This document shows, piece by piece, positions 59,256-64,000 of a stretch of DNA of 64,000 nt. The translations under genes and the position numbers were made by a program. The stretch comes from Planctomycetota bacterium. Its GTDB lineage: Bacteria; Planctomycetota; GCA-002687715; DRQF01. Where the stretch lies: NCBI GenBank assembly GCA_036479435.1, contig JAZGFI010000113.1, forward strand, positions 1-64,000, in the 5' to 3' direction. The notes beneath the pieces were generated by a model. The model worked only from the letters and a program-made list of their open reading frames with translations. It was not told the DNA's origin and ran no database searches. The stretch's first letter is position 1, and every line of letters begins with the position of its first letter.

Positions 59256-60071
59256 ATGCGCAAAGTCCTCACCAAAAGCAGATTCAAAAACGGCCGCCGC
59301 CTTCTGTATCCAGTTGGCGCGCTTTTGGTCGCAGCTTTGGTCTACGCCGGTTTCTTTCACGTCGCAGAGCCCGACCCTGAGGTCTTGCTGGCATCAGCAG
59401 AGGTGTACGCACACTCAGGTCTTTACGAAGAGGCGAAAGAGATCGCTTTTCAAGTCCTCAAGGAGAAACCGGATAGCGTTGATGCCCGTCTCATCTTGGG
59501 ACTTGTGGCCGAACGAACTGGTGACCTCGACGCTGCTCTTGGGATTTACGAAAAACTGAAACGAGAAGTTGACGGCGCCACGAAACGCCGGCGATTGGAG
59601 CTGAGTTGCATTGACCTTGAGCGAAGGCTGCAGCGCTTCGAAAGCGCCAAGGCTCGTGTCGCGGCGAGCCGCGAAGCCGGTGACAAAAATCCCCAGCTTG
59701 AGCGAATCCTGGGCGTGATTGCTTTCGATGAAGGCCACACGACGGTCGCGATTCGACACTTCGAATCCTACCTAACGATGGTGCCCGAAAGCGAAGAAGC
59801 TAAGAGCCTGTTGATCCAGGCGCAGCTATCGAATGGACAAACCTCAAAGGCTCGTGACTTGTTGTCACGAGTTGATGAAAAGTCGCAAACCTGTTGGCCC
59901 TTGTGGCCGAGGTTGGCGCGCACCTGCCTTGAGGCAGGTGATGAGGAGGGCGCACTCGCGGCGCTTTCCCGTTACGCCGAACTTGATGCCCACGCACAAA
60001 ACCGTCTTCGCCAAAACGAATACTGGCGGTCGCGTGTGGAAAGCGGGGAGTTCAGCGAAATCTTCAATTGA
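59256..60071 (+). CDS. Membrane-anchored TPR protein
   Basis: N-terminal TM followed by TPR-like helices (e.g. PDSVDARLILG). Confidence 0.75.
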   Translation: MRKVLTKSRFKNGRRLLYPVGALLVAALVYAGFFHVAEPDPEVLLASAEVYAHSGLYEEAKEIAFQVLKEKPDSVDARLILGLVAERTGDLDAALGIYEKLKREVDGATKRRRLELSCIDLERRLQRFESAKARVAASREAGDKNPQLERILGVIAFDEGHTTVAIRHFESYLTMVPESEEAKSLLIQAQLSNGQTSKARDLLSRVDEKSQTCWPLWPRLARTCLEAGDEEGALAALSRYAELDAHAQNRLRQNEYWRSRVESGEFSEIFN

Positions 60072-60252
60072 AGACGGGAGGCGTCCCTTGGGATTCGAGG
60101 CGAAGAAGTCGAGAGATCGGCTCACCGCATCGAGTCGCGAAGGCGCCACTCCGATCAAATGGCGACGACGGGGCTTTTGCTCTGCACCGCAACGCGATCG
60201 GATCAATGCAGTGTGGAACGTATAAATACGAACCAAAGGAGAGTCCACAACG

Positions 60253-60972
60253 GTGAAGAACTTTAAGAACCAGGGTTTTACCCTTATCGAATTGATGATC
60301 GTCGTCGCTATTATCGCGATCATCGCCGCTATCGCGGTACCGAACTTGCTTAGCGCGCGTCTTGCCGCTAACGAGTCCAACGCGATTGCGACCTTGCGTA
60401 ACCTCGTGTCCGCGCAGGCCCAGCTTCAGCAGATGGGTCTCATGGACGCCGATACCGATGGTACCGGCGAGTACGGGTACTTCGGAGACCTCTCGGGTCT
60501 CTACAACCTCGGTCAGCACGCTGGCGCCGCCGCGTCTGTCAACCTCGTTGACCCGCCGCTGCTCGGCGCGTCTTTCCGTAACGTCAACGGCGATGGCCGT
60601 ATCGTTCGCGGTGGCTACATCTTCCAGATCTTCCTTCCGGATGACGCTGGTGATGGTGTGGTCGAAGATGGTGGCGCGACGGTCTTCGCTGTCGACGCCG
60701 ACAACTGCGAAGTGGCTTGGTGCTGCTACGCCTGGCCCATCGACTTCGCCAACACCGGTCGTCGTGCGTTCTTCGTGAACCAGTCGGGAGAAATCCTTGC
60801 GACCGGTAACGCGTCGGACCTCTACTCCGGCGACGGCGCTGGCTTGTTCCCGACCGCTGGCGATGCTTTCGCCGGTACGGTTGACGAAGCTGCCACTGAT
60901 GTTGCGATCATGGTCCCGCTTAGCCCGGGTACTGCGACCACCGACGGCGTGGTTTGGAACGGCGTTCAGTAA
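60253..60972 (+). CDS. Type IV pilin (probable major pilin)
   Basis: G/FTLIELMIVVAIIAIIAAIAVP class III signal; strong AAGGAG RBS; own terminator. Confidence 0.9.
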   Translation: MKNFKNQGFTLIELMIVVAIIAIIAAIAVPNLLSARLAANESNAIATLRNLVSAQAQLQQMGLMDADTDGTGEYGYFGDLSGLYNLGQHAGAAASVNLVDPPLLGASFRNVNGDGRIVRGGYIFQIFLPDDAGDGVVEDGGATVFAVDADNCEVAWCCYAWPIDFANTGRRAFFVNQSGEILATGNASDLYSGDGAGLFPTAGDAFAGTVDEAATDVAIMVPLSPGTATTDGVVWNGVQ

Positions 60973-60996
60973 GCTGAACCTCGTTTGAAGTAGATC

Positions 60997-61033
60997 AAAG
61001 GGGCGTGATTCCTTCGGGGATCGCGCCCCTTTT
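60997..61033. terminator. Bidirectional terminator between the pilin gene and tatD
   Basis: AAAGGGGCGTGATTCC-TTCG-GGGATCGCGCCCCTTTT. Confidence 0.85.
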
Positions 61034-61056
61034 CTCATCACGCTCTTTGGTGGCGT

Positions 61057-61815
61057 CTAAATGCCAAAGAGCCTTCGCGTGTTGCTGGTGGTTGCGGCGT
61101 CGGCCTCGGCCAAGCTCAGGCCGCGAACTTCGGCGAGTTTCTGCAGGGTGGCCGACAAGTAGGCCGGTTCGTTTCTTTTGCCGCGCCAAGCTTGGGGTGG
61201 CAGAAAAGGGCAATCAGTCTCGACGTGAATGCGGTCCGCGGGCGCTAAGCGGCAACACTCTCTTAGACCTTCGTTCTTTTTGTAGGTCAGCGGCCCTGCA
61301 AAGCTGATGTCGAATCCTAGGGCTAGGCTGCGCTCCATTGCCGCCAAGTCTCCAGAGAAGCAATGCATGACGCCCGCGGGGATTTCGGAATGTGCCTCAA
61401 GGATTTCCAAGAGCGCATCCCATGCGTCCCGACAATGGACAACAAGTGGAAGGTCATGGCGCAGCGCAAGATCAATTTGCCTCAGCAAGGCTGCGCGTTG
61501 ATCTTTGGGAGTCGTCCGGTCCCAGTAGTAATCAAGACCCGTCTCGCCTACGGCGACGCACTCGCCCTCGGCCAGGAGTGCCTCAAGAGCATCCCAGTCT
61601 TGCTCTTGGAGATCGCCGATGTCAGTGGGATGAAAGCCTGCCGTTGGGTAGACATCCGCCCTTAGGCTGGCGAGTTTGATAGCGGCACGGCTGGATGCCA
61701 AATCGCAGCCGACGACCACAAAGGCCTCGACGCCTTCGGCGCATGCGCGATCGAAAACGGCATTGCGGTCGTCATCAAAGCGGTCGAAGTATAGATGGGC
61801 GTGGGAGTCAATCAT
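61057..61815 (-). CDS. tatD: TatD family hydrolase
   Basis: DSHAH, GFHP, GETGLD, HCR, HCF and ETDCP motifs. Confidence 0.93.
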   Translation of the reverse strand: MIDSHAHLYFDRFDDDRNAVFDRACAEGVEAFVVVGCDLASSRAAIKLASLRADVYPTAGFHPTDIGDLQEQDWDALEALLAEGECVAVGETGLDYYWDRTTPKDQRAALLRQIDLALRHDLPLVVHCRDAWDALLEILEAHSEIPAGVMHCFSGDLAAMERSLALGFDISFAGPLTYKKNEGLRECCRLAPADRIHVETDCPFLPPQAWRGKRNEPAYLSATLQKLAEVRGLSLAEADAATTSNTRRLFGI

Positions 61816-61896
61816 GTCGGAATGCTATTCGATGATGGAATTCGTGGCGAGGGTCGCATAGTTTATCGCCTTCTAACACCTAAGGATCTAGTTCCG

Positions 61897-62907
61897 ATGA
61901 ATGACAACGACCGGCAAAGCAATCGCAGCACCATGTTTGAAGAGGTCCTTACGGTCTTGAACGCCGGGCAGAGGTTCGTGGTAACCGGCCACGAGATGGT
62001 CGACGGCGACTCCACGGGCTGCGAGTTGGCTTTGCACTACGGCCTGAAGAGCCTCGGTAAGACCGTTGAGATCGTCAACAACGAGACGATCATGGATCGT
62101 TACCAGTTTCTCGACCCTGAAGGGCATTGTGGAGTTTTCGACGCCGCGGCCTTTTCGCGCCAGCTCGAGGCTGCGGACGCGATGATCGTCGTCGACAACA
62201 ATTCTTGGTCAAGGCTGCGGGATCTTGAGCCAGCGGCAAGGGCCTTTGAGAAACCGGTGATCTGCATCGATCATCACCGGGTCTCGGAGCCGTTTTCGGC
62301 CTGGCATCTTTACGACACCGCTGCCGCGGCAACCGGCGAGCTCGTCTTTGATCTCTTGAAGGCGCTCGGGGCGACCATTGACGCTGCTGCCGCCGAGGCA
62401 CTCTTTGTGGCGCTGACGGCTGATACTGGCTGGTTTCGTTACTCAAATACCACGCGCCGGAGTTTTGACATCGCGCGAGAATTAGTCGACTGCGGTGCCG
62501 ATCCCGACCGTGTCAATCGCGAGACCAACTACCAAGAGACCCTCGAGCTGCGCCGGCTGATGGGCCGATTATGGAACGGCGTTCAGACTGCATGCAACGG
62601 CAAGGTCGCCTGGGGCGTCTTGAGTCAGGAAATGGTGCGAGCAGAAGGTGTGCGGATGAAGGACACCGACGGCTTCATCGACGAGCTGCGAACCCTGAAG
62701 GGCGTCGGAATCGTCGCTCTGATCAAAGAGCTAGCAAACGGTGAAATCAAGTTGTCCCTACGTTCGTCACCGCCGTACTCAGCGCACGCTGTCGCCACGC
62801 AATTGGGCGGGGGAGGGCATCGTCACGCCTCCGGCGCGACCCTAAAAGGTCCGCTCGCAGAAGCGGTGGAGCGAGTTGCAGGCTTGATGATGGCCGCTTC
62901 GAACTAG
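61897..62907 (+). CDS. nrnA: DHH/DHHA1 phosphoesterase (NrnA-like oligoribonuclease/pAp phosphatase)
   Basis: H..VDGD, IDHH, DTGWF, SLRS and GGGHRHASG motifs. Confidence 0.88.
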   Translation: MNDNDRQSNRSTMFEEVLTVLNAGQRFVVTGHEMVDGDSTGCELALHYGLKSLGKTVEIVNNETIMDRYQFLDPEGHCGVFDAAAFSRQLEAADAMIVVDNNSWSRLRDLEPAARAFEKPVICIDHHRVSEPFSAWHLYDTAAAATGELVFDLLKALGATIDAAAAEALFVALTADTGWFRYSNTTRRSFDIARELVDCGADPDRVNRETNYQETLELRRLMGRLWNGVQTACNGKVAWGVLSQEMVRAEGVRMKDTDGFIDELRTLKGVGIVALIKELANGEIKLSLRSSPPYSAHAVATQLGGGGHRHASGATLKGPLAEAVERVAGLMMAASN

Positions 62908-62974
62908 TGGTCCGCAATGCAAATTCGTGACGCGAATCTACTTTGCGAACCGCTTCAATTGAGGCGGCTGCGGT

Positions 62975-64000
62975 CTACATCCCTTGGTATTTCGGCCCGC
63001 CAGCGTCACTTGGCACGGACCAAGTAATGACTTGGTAGGGGTCCATGATGTCGCAAGTCTTGCAGTGGACGCAATTCGAGAAGTTGATCTGCATTTGCTT
63101 TTTGTCTTGGCCCGGCACCTCGACCATTTCGTAGACCTCAGCCGGGCAGAATTTCTCGCAGGGATTGCCGTACTCTTCGGCGCATTTCGTTGCACACAGG
63201 TTGGTGTCGGCAATTTTTAGGTGGCTCGGCTGGTGCTCGTTGTGAATCGCCCCCGCGTTGAACACCCCGGTGGACTTGTCGAAAGTCAAAGTCCCATCGG
63301 CGGCGGTCATGGCGCCTTCGTTGGGTCCTTGAGTCCACTCCGATTGTTTTTTCATCGACTCGTGGTCGGCGTGGAGCGGCGCCGGATCGCGAAGCAGACG
63401 GCCGCCGACCATGGAAGCCAAGTTGGAAAGCAATCCGCCGACCCAAAACCCGTAGCGGAACGCGCTGCGATAGTTGCGGGTCTTTTTGAGTTCAGTGGCT
63501 AGCCAGGACGATTGGAATCGATCTTCGTAGCTTTTGAGCGCGGCGTTCGCAAAATCACTTTTTTCCAGACATTCTGCGAGCGTTTCCGCGCAAAGCTGCC
63601 CCGACTTCATTGCCGTGTGAATGCCCTTCAAGCGAGCGATGTTTAGAAGGCTCCCGGAGTCCCCAAGAATCAGAAAGCCGTCGCCGTAGCTTTTGGGTCG
63701 TGACCAATAACCGCCCTCGGGTACGGTCTTGGCGCCTGATTTTACCAAGCTGCCCCCATCGAGAAGTCCCTTCACCAGTGGATGCGTCTTCCACTGCTGC
63801 ATGGTGACGTAGGGGTCAAAGTTGGGGTCGCCCCCATCCAGTGCGGCGACAAAGCCAATGGAGACTCGGGTGTCGGAAAGGGCGTAGATCCAAGAACCAC
63901 CGTAGTGGTTCGAAGCGAGAGGCCAGCCGGCGGTGTGCCAGATTTCTCCGGCCTTGATAAGCCCTTCGGAGACATCCCAAATCTCTTTGATGCCGGTCCC
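62975..64000 (-). CDS. Electron-transfer-flavoprotein:quinone oxidoreductase (ETF-QO/FixCX-like); 5' end lies outside the window
   Basis: GIKEIW, KGIHTAMKSG, HLK, CPAEVYE and NCVHCKTCDI ferredoxin motif; frame open to the window end. Confidence 0.92.
   Translation of the reverse strand, partial: GTGIKEIWDVSEGLIKAGEIWHTAGWPLASNHYGGSWIYALSDTRVSIGFVAALDGGDPNFDPYVTMQQWKTHPLVKGLLDGGSLVKSGAKTVPEGGYWSRPKSYGDGFLILGDSGSLLNIARLKGIHTAMKSGQLCAETLAECLEKSDFANAALKSYEDRFQSSWLATELKKTRNYRSAFRYGFWVGGLLSNLASMVGGRLLRDPAPLHADHESMKKQSEWTQGPNEGAMTAADGTLTFDKSTGVFNAGAIHNEHQPSHLKIADTNLCATKCAEEYGNPCEKFCPAEVYEMVEVPGQDKKQMQINFSNCVHCKTCDIMDPYQVITWSVPSDAGGPKYQGM

Noticed and set aside
60072..60252. Possible c-di-GMP riboswitch upstream of the pilin gene
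   Set aside because: Hairpins are present, but I could not find the class I or class II consensus elements.

Overview
Bacterial chromosome segment, GC-rich and probably from Planctomycetota or a related PVC lineage (inferred from gene content only). It is mostly core genes: trkAH, radC, ogt, yidC-mnmE, nrdR, smc, truA, hpf-yvcK-ptsH-ptsI, a dispersed type IVa pilus set (pilM, pilN, a pilO/pilP fusion, pilQ, two pilT/U, pilC, pilD and a pilin), rne/rng, rplU-rpmA-obgE, coaX, pyrB, EF-G2, tatD, nrnA and a partial ETF-QO. Two observations stand out. (1) A ~1.7-kb island with no integrase sits at the 3' end of mnmE. It is bounded by an exact 18-bp direct repeat (TTTTTGCATCGGAAAGTA at 17096-17113 and 18806-18823) and carries a coupled HEPN protein / putative antitoxin with a low-complexity tail / SecB-like chaperone operon, i.e. 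a candidate HEPN-type toxin-antitoxin-chaperone module that may be decaying. (2) The ogt (MGMT) gene has an in-frame TGA exactly at the catalytic Cys of PCHRV, followed by a bacterial SECIS-like hairpin, so it is a probable selenocysteine DNA-alkyltransferase. Also notable: an apparently catalytically dead NrdD homologue coupled to nrdR, two MnmE paralogues with complementary motif losses, a PyrB fused to a PyrI-like Zn domain, an HPr lacking Ser46, and a structured rne leader. I found no tRNA, rRNA, CRISPR array or transposase. All family calls come from motif recognition by eye; no database searches were run.
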